This document shows positions 56,874 through 64,000 of a stretch of 64,000 nucleotides of DNA, piece after piece (the first letter of the stretch is position 1; each line of letters opens with the position of its first letter). Below the pieces are notes generated by a model. That model was not told the origin of the DNA, did no database searches, and saw only the letters and a program-made list of their open reading frames with translations. Made by a program: the position numbers and the translations under genes. Origin of the DNA: Polyangia bacterium (GTDB taxonomy: Bacteria; Myxococcota_A; Polyangia; Fen-1088); assembly GCA_035607055.1 (NCBI GenBank), contig DATNDC010000232.1, positions 1,913-65,912 on the forward strand, read 5' to 3'.

Positions 56874-57785
56874 TCAACCCCCGAGTCGCCGCCAGACCGT
56901 CCCCTGGTGTCGCGGCGGGAACGCCTCCGGGTGCAGCATCTCGGCCAGGATCTCGGGGGTGTCGAACAGCATCGGCCCGGAGCGGTTGAAGTAGAAGTTC
57001 CCGTCGGCGGCGAAAGCGCGGCCGGCGCGGACCGCCGCGAGCGCGCGCCACGCCGGCCGCTCGGTCAGCACCGGCAACTCCGCCAGCGTGCGGGTCAGAT
57101 CGAACCCGCAGGGGGCGACCACGATGATCTCCGGATCGGCCGCCTGCAACGCTTCGAACGGCACCGTGGTCGAGTGCGCGCCGGCCGCGCTCAGCAGGCT
57201 CCGACCACCGGCGAGCTCGACGATCTCCGGGCCCCAGTTTCCCATCTCGAACAGCGGATCGATCCACTCGAGACACGCGACCCGCGGGCGCAGGAGCGAG
57301 CGCGTCCGCGCGGCGATCGCGGCCAGTCGCTCCCGGATCCCGGCCACCAGCGCGCGCCCCGCCGCGGCCGCGCCCAGCACCTCGGCGACGCGCGCGAACC
57401 CGTCGAGGATTCCGTCGACGGTCCCCGTCGAGAGCGCGACCACCTGGTGCCGCTCCAAGCGAGCCGCCACGCCGTGGGCCAGATCAGCGGGGCTGACGGC
57501 GCAGACCTCGCAGTGGGTCTGGGTGATGATGATGTCGGGGGCCAGCACCGCGAGCTGCGCCTCGTCGACCTCGTAGAGCGGCAGGCCCGCCTGCAGCCGC
57601 TCGCGCACGCGGGCGTCGATCTGCGCGCTGGTGCCGTGGATGTCGAACGCCGGGCGGCTCAGCACCGGCAGCCGCTTCACCCAGGCGGGGTGATCGCACT
57701 CGTGCGACCGCCCGACCAGCCGATCGCCCAGGCCCAGCGCCGCCACCAGCTCGGTTCCGCTTGCCAGCAGGGACACGATCTTCAT
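56874..57785 (-). CDS. BtuF-like (Peripla_BP_2, cobalamin/siderophore-binding fold) protein without signal peptide
   Basis: MKIVSLLASGTELVAALGLGDRLVGRSHECDHP is the typical N-terminus of the signal-less BtuF-like subfamily. The ATG at 57785 overlaps the upstream stop (ATGA, 57782-57785). The longer track ORF extension is rejected. Confidence 0.7.
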   Translation of the reverse strand: MKIVSLLASGTELVAALGLGDRLVGRSHECDHPAWVKRLPVLSRPAFDIHGTSAQIDARVRERLQAGLPLYEVDEAQLAVLAPDIIITQTHCEVCAVSPADLAHGVAARLERHQVVALSTGTVDGILDGFARVAEVLGAAAAGRALVAGIRERLAAIAARTRSLLRPRVACLEWIDPLFEMGNWGPEIVELAGGRSLLSAAGAHSTTVPFEALQAADPEIIVVAPCGFDLTRTLAELPVLTERPAWRALAAVRAGRAFAADGNFYFNRSGPMLFDTPEILAEMLHPEAFPPRHQGTVWRRLGG

Positions 57786-58450
57786 GACAACAGATCCGCG
57801 AACACGAAGCCGTCGCGCGTGACGATCTCGCCCGTGCGGATCGGGATCGGGCGGCGGAACATCGGGCCGGCGTAGGCGAAGGTGTGAAACTCGCCGCCTT
57901 CGCCGCACGGATCGACGGTCGCCGGCAGCTCGGCGAGCAGGGCGGCGTCGAAGTCGCGCCCGGCGAAGCGGGCGTCGAGGCTCTTGGGGTCGACGCAGGT
58001 CAGCCGCGCCCGCAGGCCGCCCTCGACCATCCGGCGCGCCAGCGCGTCGGTCGGCGTCCCCCACAGGGGAAACAGCGGCGTCACGCCGGTCGGGGCCAGG
58101 CGCTCCTCGCGGTAGCGGCGCACGTCTTCGAGGAAGAGATCGCCGAACGCGACGTGCGTGATCCCGTCGGCGCGGGCCCGAGCCATCGCGGCCGCCATCG
58201 CCGCCTCGTACTCGGCGTTGCTGCAGGGCCAGGGGATCGGCACCGGCCAAAGCGGCAGCTCCGCGGCCTCCGCCTGCGCCCGCAGGAGCTCGGTCCGCAC
58301 CGCGTGCATCGCCACGCGATCGAAGACCTGGTTGATGGTGGTCAGCAGTCCGACGACCTCGACCTCGTTCTGAGCGCGCAGGACGTGCAACGTCCAGGCG
58401 CTGTCCTTCCCGCTGCTCCAGGCCAGCAGCGCTTTCAGTTTGTTACTCAC
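57782..58450 (-). CDS. PP-loop ATP pyrophosphatase of the Dph6/MJ0570 (ATP_bind_4) family
   Basis: PP-loop SSGKDS near the N-terminus and CGEGGEFHTF near the C-terminus (compare GENGEYHT in diphthine-ammonia ligase-like proteins). 222 aa. Confidence 0.7.
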   Translation of the reverse strand: MSNKLKALLAWSSGKDSAWTLHVLRAQNEVEVVGLLTTINQVFDRVAMHAVRTELLRAQAEAAELPLWPVPIPWPCSNAEYEAAMAAAMARARADGITHVAFGDLFLEDVRRYREERLAPTGVTPLFPLWGTPTDALARRMVEGGLRARLTCVDPKSLDARFAGRDFDAALLAELPATVDPCGEGGEFHTFAYAGPMFRRPIPIRTGEIVTRDGFVFADLLS

Positions 58451-58459
58451 GGGCGCATC

Positions 58460-58879
58460 CTATTCCGGAAAGTGCCCGTCGAGCGCGAAGACAATCGCCA
58501 GCAGCACGGCCTCCCGTTTCTCGAAGACCTGGTCGGTCGAGAACCGCAGCAGCGCGATTCCGCGCGCCGCGATGAACTCCGCGCGCCACGCGTGGTACCG
58601 TTCGGCGCCCGGCTCGATGGCCAGCGCGCCGTCGAGCTCGATGGCCAGCCGGCGCGCCGGGCAGAAGAAGTCGAGGATGAATGGGCCGCAGGGATGCCGG
58701 CGGCGAAACTTGAAGCCGCCGAGACGCCGCCCGCGCAGATGCGTCCAAAGGACGACCCGGGCGTCGCTGGCTTTGTGGCGGCGGGCGAGGGCGGCGGACA
58801 CGCCAGGTTGTCGACCGCGACCGTCCGGCGGTTGCCCGCCAGGGGGGTGGCCCTGGCGGAAGGCCGCCGTATATTTCAC
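58460..58879 (-). CDS. DUF559 (Vsr-like endonuclease fold) domain protein
   Basis: LWTHLRGRRLGGFKFRRRHPCGPFILDFFCPARRLAIELDG...LLRFSTDQV fits the DUF559 pattern. GTG start. The start is only 2 nt from the divergent ATG at 58882, so one of the two starts may be wrong. Confidence 0.6.
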   Translation of the reverse strand: MKYTAAFRQGHPPGGQPPDGRGRQPGVSAALARRHKASDARVVLWTHLRGRRLGGFKFRRRHPCGPFILDFFCPARRLAIELDGALAIEPGAERYHAWRAEFIAARGIALLRFSTDQVFEKREAVLLAIVFALDGHFPE

Positions 58880-58881
58880 GG

Positions 58882-59271
58882 ATGTCGGACGCCGCTCTCG
58901 CTTGCAAGGCCAACATCTCCACCGCGGGACGCCGCCGCCGGACGCGGTTCGGCAACCAGTGGCTGGTCGTTGCGGTCGCGCTCCTGATCGTGCTCGCGAT
59001 CGTGCGTCTCCCCTGGTACCTGGGGCTGCTGATGTTCATCCCCGCCTCGCTGGCCGCGGTGGGCCTCCTGCAGGCGCGCCGCAACACCTGCGTCATGCGC
59101 GCCAAGGAGGGGACCTTCGAGCACGAGGACTTCTCGACGACCAAGGCGCCTGACGACGAGGTGACCGCCAGCCGCGCGATGGCCGCCACCATCAACCGCG
59201 ACACCGTCCTCGTCGGCCTGGCCGGCGCCGCGCTGGGCGTCGTCGTGGCGCTGGTCTTTCACCGCCTCTAG
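58882..59271 (+). CDS. small membrane protein (129 aa, about 3 hydrophobic spans)
   Basis: Very strong G/C third-position bias in this frame. Hydrophobic segments WLVVAVALLIVLAIV, LGLLMFIPASLAAVGLL and VLVGLAGAALGVVVALVF. Confidence 0.55.
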   Translation: MSDAALACKANISTAGRRRRTRFGNQWLVVAVALLIVLAIVRLPWYLGLLMFIPASLAAVGLLQARRNTCVMRAKEGTFEHEDFSTTKAPDDEVTASRAMAATINRDTVLVGLAGAALGVVVALVFHRL

Positions 59272-60281
59272 AGCTGCGGGCGGCCGACGTCGCGGTTGAG
59301 CGTCTCGATCGTCACCAGGATCCGCCACTCGGGCGCCCCGAAGGCTTCATTGATGCCGCCGCCCGCTCCCAGGCGGAGGCGCACCTGCTGGCCATGACCG
59401 CCGGTCCCCTCGAGGCGCCCGGTGAGCATTCCCTCGAGCGCCGTGGTCGTCGACCCGAACAGCGAGCGAAAGGCCGAGGCGCCGAAGACCTCCGGGCCGA
59501 CGAGGAGGGCCAGCGCGCCGCCGCGCCAGGCACCCACCTGACCGCCGCCGGCGGCGCCGAACAGCAGCTCGCTCCCCTGGGGGCTGCCGGGGATCGCCGG
59601 CTCGTCGAGCGGTCGGATGTGCAGGCCGAGCTGTCCGGCGTAGCGGAGACGGCCCACGTCGCCGGCCGCCAGCGCGCGGATCATGGCGCGGAACGTCCCG
59701 TCGGTGTCGTACTGGCCCCGCTCGCCGTTGGGGGCGATGAGCTCGGCCGAGAGGCCGAGGCGGAGCGGGCCGCCCGGGGTCCCGAACAGGCGTCCCTCCA
59801 CGCCGACCCGGGGATCGGAGAGCGTGTCGGGGTTCGAGGCCAGCGTCACGCGATCGGAGGTGGTGGGCGGGCTCGAGGTGAGCATCGAGCGCGGGGAGGT
59901 GTAGACCGCGCCGCCGATGGTGCCGCTCTGCCCGGCGACGTAAAGGGGCATGCGGAGGTCGAGGTAGACCCGCCAGCGATCGTAGGTGGCCGCCAGGCCG
60001 AAGTTGAGGAAGGCCTCGCTCGACACCACGGCCAGCCGCTGGAAGCCGTCCTCGAGGCGGAGCGGGTTCCGGGCGTAGCCGGTCGTCAGCGCGATCGCGC
60101 CGCCGAGCCCCCCCTGCATGTCGAGATCGTCCATCACGAACCAGCCGGCGCCTGCCGGTGACGGATAGAACCGATCGAGCGCGAACCCCTGCGCCGCCTG
60201 CGCCGACGCGCGCGCTGCGAACGCCGTCATCGACGCCGCGACCGCCAGGCCGAGCAGGCGGCGGCGGCTAGAACTCGACAT
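59268..60281 (-). CDS. putative outer-membrane beta-barrel protein
   Basis: Signal peptide MSSSSRRRLLGLAVAASMTAFAARASAQA. Gly/aromatic-rich alternating sequence throughout. The start overlaps the porin gene end by 14 nt. Confidence 0.5.
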   Translation of the reverse strand: MSSSSRRRLLGLAVAASMTAFAARASAQAAQGFALDRFYPSPAGAGWFVMDDLDMQGGLGGAIALTTGYARNPLRLEDGFQRLAVVSSEAFLNFGLAATYDRWRVYLDLRMPLYVAGQSGTIGGAVYTSPRSMLTSSPPTTSDRVTLASNPDTLSDPRVGVEGRLFGTPGGPLRLGLSAELIAPNGERGQYDTDGTFRAMIRALAAGDVGRLRYAGQLGLHIRPLDEPAIPGSPQGSELLFGAAGGGQVGAWRGGALALLVGPEVFGASAFRSLFGSTTTALEGMLTGRLEGTGGHGQQVRLRLGAGGGINEAFGAPEWRILVTIETLNRDVGRPQL

Positions 60282-61737
60282 GGATCCTCGCGCCGTAGAT
60301 GTCGACCGGCCCGCGGTCGGCGTTGAAGCCCGGGTTCCAGAGGTGCTGATAGTCGCCGGTCAGCCAGATCGCCTTCAGCAGGTTGAAGCTGTAGAAGACC
60401 TCCACGATTCCCTCGCCGGCCTGCTGGAGGCCGCCGTCGCCGACGAACCCGTCGACGCCGCCCATCGCCAGGTAAGCGGCGTGCGCCGCGGAGATCCAGC
60501 TCATGCCGAACCCGGCGCCCGTCACGTCGAACGGGCGGTGCCACAGCGACCCCTTGGCCACCGCCCCGAGGGAGAACGAGCGGTCGGCCGGGTTGTAGGC
60601 GTCGACCTCGGTGTGCCCGTCCGAGTACATCGCGCGCAGGAAGAGCCCGACGTCGTGGGCGACGTATTGCTCCACGCTGATCCCGGCCCCCAGCTTGACG
60701 TTCGGCTGGCGCACCCAGCAGAGATCGGGCGCCGTGGCGTTCGTCGAGCCGTAGTTATAGAGGCCCGCGGCGGCGCAGGCGTCGGCGTTCTTGCTCGGGT
60801 CGGCCTGGAAGGCGGCGATGGCGTCGTCGAAGCCGCCGGTGTCGACGTGGTTGCGGTATCCGACGAGGCGCACCGCGCCCGGGCGCCCGAAGAGCCGGTG
60901 ATCGTGCTCGAGCTCGATCTGGTCGCCGTAGAACTTCCAGATGCGGAAATCGATCGGCAGCGCGTTGGGGTTCTGCGGCGGCGTGATGCGGCCGACGCGC
61001 ACCGCCCAGTCGTCCCAGTCGAGCTCGGCGGTGCCGCCCCAGGAATAGCCGCGCGCGTCCGAGGGGAAATCCCAGGAGGCGTAGGTCATGAAGGCCATGT
61101 TGAGGAACGTCTGGCGCGGATCCCAGGAGACCGAGTTCTTGTCGAAGACGTCGAGGATGGTGAAGTTGCCCAGCGTGAACACCAGGCGCCGGCTGGTGAC
61201 CGTGGCGGCCAGCTGCATCGGGTCCGAGGTCTTCACCACCGGCTCGCCGCCGAGGTCGAACGTCTGTCGAAGGTAGGTGCGCGAGCGATAGAGCTGCGGC
61301 CTCGTCGAGCCGGTCTTCTGCAGCTCGAAGTTCTGGATGGCGCCGCCGATCCCGTGCAGGCCGGAGAGCGGCTGCTCGGAGATCACCTCGGGGACCAGGT
61401 AGGCCTCGCCCCCCTTCCAGAGGCGAAGCCCGAAGAAGAGCGTGAAGCTGCCGGTGAAGCTGCGCTCGGCGTCGGGGAGCAGCGAGTTCGTGCTGCCGTT
61501 GACGTTGGTGTAAGGGGCCGAGAACGGCCGCTTCCAGCTCGAGATGTAGGTGAACTGGCCGTAAGCGTTCCAGCTCTCGTCGTCGATGTCGTGCAGGCCC
61601 GCCCGCGAGAGCAGGTTCATGAAGTCGAAGGCGGCCTCCTCGTGCTCGGCGGGCGGGGCGGCCTGCGCGCGCGCCGGGCAGGCGGCGAGCAGGACCCGCG
61701 CGAGCGCCGCGACCACCAGGAGGTTCCGGCGCTTCAA
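60268..61737 (-). CDS. OprB-like carbohydrate-selective porin
   Basis: Start set at TTG 61737, giving LKRRNLLVVAALARVLLAACPARAQA, 1 nt after the upstream stop. The beta-rich body and C-terminal YGARIHVEF fit the porin class. The OprB assignment is from memory of similar annotations. Confidence 0.5.
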   Translation of the reverse strand: MKRRNLLVVAALARVLLAACPARAQAAPPAEHEEAAFDFMNLLSRAGLHDIDDESWNAYGQFTYISSWKRPFSAPYTNVNGSTNSLLPDAERSFTGSFTLFFGLRLWKGGEAYLVPEVISEQPLSGLHGIGGAIQNFELQKTGSTRPQLYRSRTYLRQTFDLGGEPVVKTSDPMQLAATVTSRRLVFTLGNFTILDVFDKNSVSWDPRQTFLNMAFMTYASWDFPSDARGYSWGGTAELDWDDWAVRVGRITPPQNPNALPIDFRIWKFYGDQIELEHDHRLFGRPGAVRLVGYRNHVDTGGFDDAIAAFQADPSKNADACAAAGLYNYGSTNATAPDLCWVRQPNVKLGAGISVEQYVAHDVGLFLRAMYSDGHTEVDAYNPADRSFSLGAVAKGSLWHRPFDVTGAGFGMSWISAAHAAYLAMGGVDGFVGDGGLQQAGEGIVEVFYSFNLLKAIWLTGDYQHLWNPGFNADRGPVDIYGARIHVEF

Positions 61738-61738
61738 G

Positions 61739-62227
61739 TTATCCAGCGACCTTGCGGGCGAGCGCCCGGTAGGCGCGCGCCAGCCGGCGGGCGAGCGCGC
61801 GATCGCCGAGCCGCAACGAAAACGACATCCGGCGGCCGAGCGCATAGAGCGCCGCCGCCCGCCGCCGCCGCCGGAAGCGGGCGCGCGCGCCCGGATCGAG
61901 CAGCTCCAGCGTCGGCAGCGGGCGCGACGGTGTCAGGGGGAACCCCACGGCCCGCCCGACCACGGCCTCGCGCGCGCAGGTGGCGAAGGCCGACCGCGGC
62001 GCGTCCCCCTGGTGGGTGACGTAGCGCTGCTCTCCTTCGGCGAAGAGGTGCATCACCCGGTGGAGCAGGAGCTCGCGTTCGTCGGCGCTGAGCACGAGGA
62101 CGATGTCGCCGGGGTGGAGCTCCTCGGCGGCCGGCTCGACCTTCACCTTGGTCCCGCGTTCGATGGTGGGGCTCATGCTCTCGGCCACGACCTCGATCAC
62201 CACCGGGAGCCCGTGGGCGAGGACCAT
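61739..62227 (-). CDS. S24/S26-family signal-peptidase-like serine peptidase, no obvious TM segment
   Basis: ESMSPTIERG (SMxPT nucleophile box), PGDIVLV, then LLLHRVMH with His where S26A enzymes have Lys (SipW/Sec11-like). Arg-rich C-terminal tail. Start set at the Met at 62227. Confidence 0.55.
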   Translation of the reverse strand: MVLAHGLPVVIEVVAESMSPTIERGTKVKVEPAAEELHPGDIVLVLSADERELLLHRVMHLFAEGEQRYVTHQGDAPRSAFATCAREAVVGRAVGFPLTPSRPLPTLELLDPGARARFRRRRRAAALYALGRRMSFSLRLGDRALARRLARAYRALARKVAG

Positions 62228-62352
62228 CCGGACCGCCTGCGGACGGAGGTTCACGGACGCGCAGTATATAGACGTTCGCCACGCCGTCGACGGTGGCGAC
62301 ACTTCCCGGGTCTCTGGAAACCAGTCACCGGCGTGGGCGCGCGCCGTCCGCT

Positions 62353-63531
62353 ATGCTCGGCCGCATGGCCGTCACGACCGCCGATTTCGAGGCCGCGCCG
62401 GCCCGCGTCGCCGCCGCCGCGGGCGGCGCCGTGTGGCCGCTCTGGTGCGCGCTCGGCTCGTCGCTGGCGGCGGCCTTCGGCGTCCACTGGGACATCGCCT
62501 GGCACCGGTCGATCGGGCGCGACGCCTTCTGGACCCCGCCGCACGTGGCGATCTACACGGCGGCGGTGCTGGCGGCGGTGGCGGCGCTGGCGCAGATCCT
62601 CCCCGCCACCTTCGGCCGGCGGGCCGAGCACCCGGCCGTGCGCGTGCTCGGCTTCCGGGGCCCGCTCGGCGCCTTCATCTCGGCCTGGGGCGGCGTCACC
62701 ATGCTCGCCTCGGCGCCGTTCGACGACTGGTGGCACAACGCCTACGGCCTCGACGTGAAGATCCTGAGCCCGCCGCACGTCGTGCTGGCGCTGGGGCTCA
62801 TGGCGCTGCACCTCGGCGCGCTGGTGATGCTGGCGGGGGCGGCCAACCGCAGCGACGGCGCCCGCCGGCGGACGCTGGAGGCGCTGGTGGTCGTGGTGGG
62901 CGGCAACCTGGTGGTCGCGCTCATGACGCTGTTCATGGAGAAGACCGTCCGCCCGTTCATGCACGGTGGGGCGTTCTATCTGATCGTCGGGCTGTGCGTG
63001 CCGGTCGTGCTGGCGGCGGTGCAGGGGGCGAGCGGCCGCCGCTGGGCAGGCTCCGCGGCGATCGCCGTCTATTCGGTCTTCCTGCTGGCGCTGCTCTGGA
63101 CATTTCCGCTCGTGCCGGCGCAGCCGAAGCTGGGGCCGGTGTTGGTGCGGGTCGAGAGCCTGATCCCGCCGGAATTTCCGCTGCTGCTCTGGCCGGCCGC
63201 GCTGGCGCTCGACGCCTGGGCCTGGCGGCGTCGCGCGCGCCCGGGGATCGCCACCGTGGCCGGCGGCGGTCTGCTGTTCGGCACGCTCTTCTTCGTCTGT
63301 CAGTGGCCGTTCGCGACCTTCCTGATGTCCACGCACGCGCGGAATTTTTTCTGGGGCGCGCGGTATTTCGACTTCTGGATGCCCCCCGTCGCCCACTACC
63401 GCCGGTACGAGTTCCTGACCGAGGCGACCGGCGTGACCGCGATCTGGCTGGTGGCGGCGCTGGTGGGAAGCGGGCTCTCGCTCGGGGCCGGGCGCGCCGC
63501 CGGACGCTGGCTGGCGCGCCTGCGGCGATGA
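62353..63531 (+). CDS. polytopic membrane protein with duplicated WH-x3-G-x-D-x4-(T/S)PPHV motif
   Basis: AWHRSIGRDAFWTPPHV and WWHNAYGLDVKILSPPHV are separated by hydrophobic spans, with at least 8 hydrophobic segments in total. The start may be GTG 62293, ATG 62353 or ATG 62365. No family recognised. Confidence 0.6.
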   Translation: MLGRMAVTTADFEAAPARVAAAAGGAVWPLWCALGSSLAAAFGVHWDIAWHRSIGRDAFWTPPHVAIYTAAVLAAVAALAQILPATFGRRAEHPAVRVLGFRGPLGAFISAWGGVTMLASAPFDDWWHNAYGLDVKILSPPHVVLALGLMALHLGALVMLAGAANRSDGARRRTLEALVVVVGGNLVVALMTLFMEKTVRPFMHGGAFYLIVGLCVPVVLAAVQGASGRRWAGSAAIAVYSVFLLALLWTFPLVPAQPKLGPVLVRVESLIPPEFPLLLWPAALALDAWAWRRRARPGIATVAGGGLLFGTLFFVCQWPFATFLMSTHARNFFWGARYFDFWMPPVAHYRRYEFLTEATGVTAIWLVAALVGSGLSLGAGRAAGRWLARLRR

Positions 63532-64000
63532 AGCCGGCCGTCGCGCTGGTCGCCGTTCTGGCGGCGCTGGCGCTGGCGCCCGCCGCCGAGGCGCACGTCG
63601 GCAGCCCCGACGCCGTCGAGGACGGGCAGGCGGGGCCCTATCACCTGCTGGTGACGATCCGCCCGCCCCAGGTGATCCCCGGGGTGGCGCAGATCGACGT
63701 GCGCGCGCTGGCCGACGGCGTGACGCGCGTGGAGGTGGTCCCGGTTCCGCTGCGGGGCGAGGGGGTCAAGCTGGCGCCGGTCGCCGACGTGGCCCGCCGG
63801 AGCCTCGACGATCCGCGGCTCTTCTCGAGCACGATCTGGCTGATGCGGACCGGCGCCTGGCAGATCCGGGTCACCGCCGAGGGGGCGCGGGGAACCGGCA
63901 CGCTCGCCGTCCCGATCCCGGCGCTGGCGCGCGCGGTGCGCCCGATGCCGGCGTTTCTCCAGGCCCTGCTGCTCGCTCTGCTGGCGCTCATCGTGGTGGG
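63528..64000 (+). CDS. secreted protein, predicted mature N-terminus His-Val-Gly-Ser-Pro, 3' end outside window
   Basis: My own translation (not in the track because no stop lies in the window). ATGA overlap at 63528-63531. MKPAVALVAVLAALALAPAAEA/HVGSPDAVEDGQAGPYHLLVTIRPPQVIPG... A hydrophobic stretch LLLALLALIVV sits at the window edge. Confidence 0.55.
   Translation, partial: MKPAVALVAVLAALALAPAAEAHVGSPDAVEDGQAGPYHLLVTIRPPQVIPGVAQIDVRALADGVTRVEVVPVPLRGEGVKLAPVADVARRSLDDPRLFSSTIWLMRTGAWQIRVTAEGARGTGTLAVPIPALARAVRPMPAFLQALLLALLALIVV

Noticed and set aside
58460-58879. DUF559 gene as evidence of a mobile element or a restriction/repair island
   Set aside because: No transposase, integrase, methyltransferase or flanking repeats are seen. 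DUF559 genes are commonly scattered as single genes, so it is annotated only as a CDS.

Overview
Very GC-rich chromosomal segment (by eye about 70% GC, not computed). Six-frame ORFs are therefore abundant, and most long antisense or alternate-frame ORFs are artefacts. I support about 57 protein-coding genes. I recognised no rRNA, tRNA, CRISPR array, transposase or integrase. The gene content points to a Gram-negative, Myxococcota-like organism, but that is inference only: a STAND-type Ser/Thr kinase, two ECF sigma/anti-sigma pairs, many lipoproteins with Gly/Thr-rich linkers, and TonB-C-like secreted proteins. Functional blocks: (1) 1-4.5 kb holds a GH63-like hydrolase, an SDR and a secreted beta-helix protein. 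(2) 4.7-10.8 kb is a compact hopanoid locus (hpnO-hpnG-hpnH, divergent shc, convergent sqs-type synthase). (3) 10.8-15.4 kb holds a GH13 enzyme, a TonB-C/HEAT secreted protein and a PQQ-type sugar dehydrogenase. (4) 15.5-35 kb is a pectin/hexuronate neighbourhood: PL1 pectate lyase, uxaC, kdgK-eda, exuT coupled to a large porin, and a GH28 polygalacturonase. It is interleaved with an ECF sigma/FecR/beta-barrel module and several unusual lipoproteins. (5) 36.6-40.5 kb is a second ECF sigma/anti-sigma/barrel module running straight into a GH8 lipoprotein. (6) 40.5-64 kb holds the kinase-STAND protein, a permuted papain-like enzyme, a MsrB-MsrA fusion, an MBL+DUF3006 pair, a lipoprotein with 48 uninterrupted Gly-X-Y triplets, a Tdi1/DUF1851-like immunity gene, a FIST + PAS-GGDEF-EAL pair, ppc, a PP-loop ATPase + signal-less BtuF-like pair, DUF559, a peptidase-porin-OMP operon, and a His-motif membrane protein with a secreted partner. 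At least nine gene pairs share 4-nt start/stop overlaps (ATGA or GTGA), which I used to fix starts and infer operons. The best candidate for an undescribed system is the duplicated module of ECF sigma, anti-sigma with a shared C-terminal helical repeat, and a secreted N-domain/Pro-linker/small beta-barrel protein. It is wired to carbohydrate-active genes and has no TonB-dependent transducer in the window. All family assignments come from motif recognition by eye; no database search was run.
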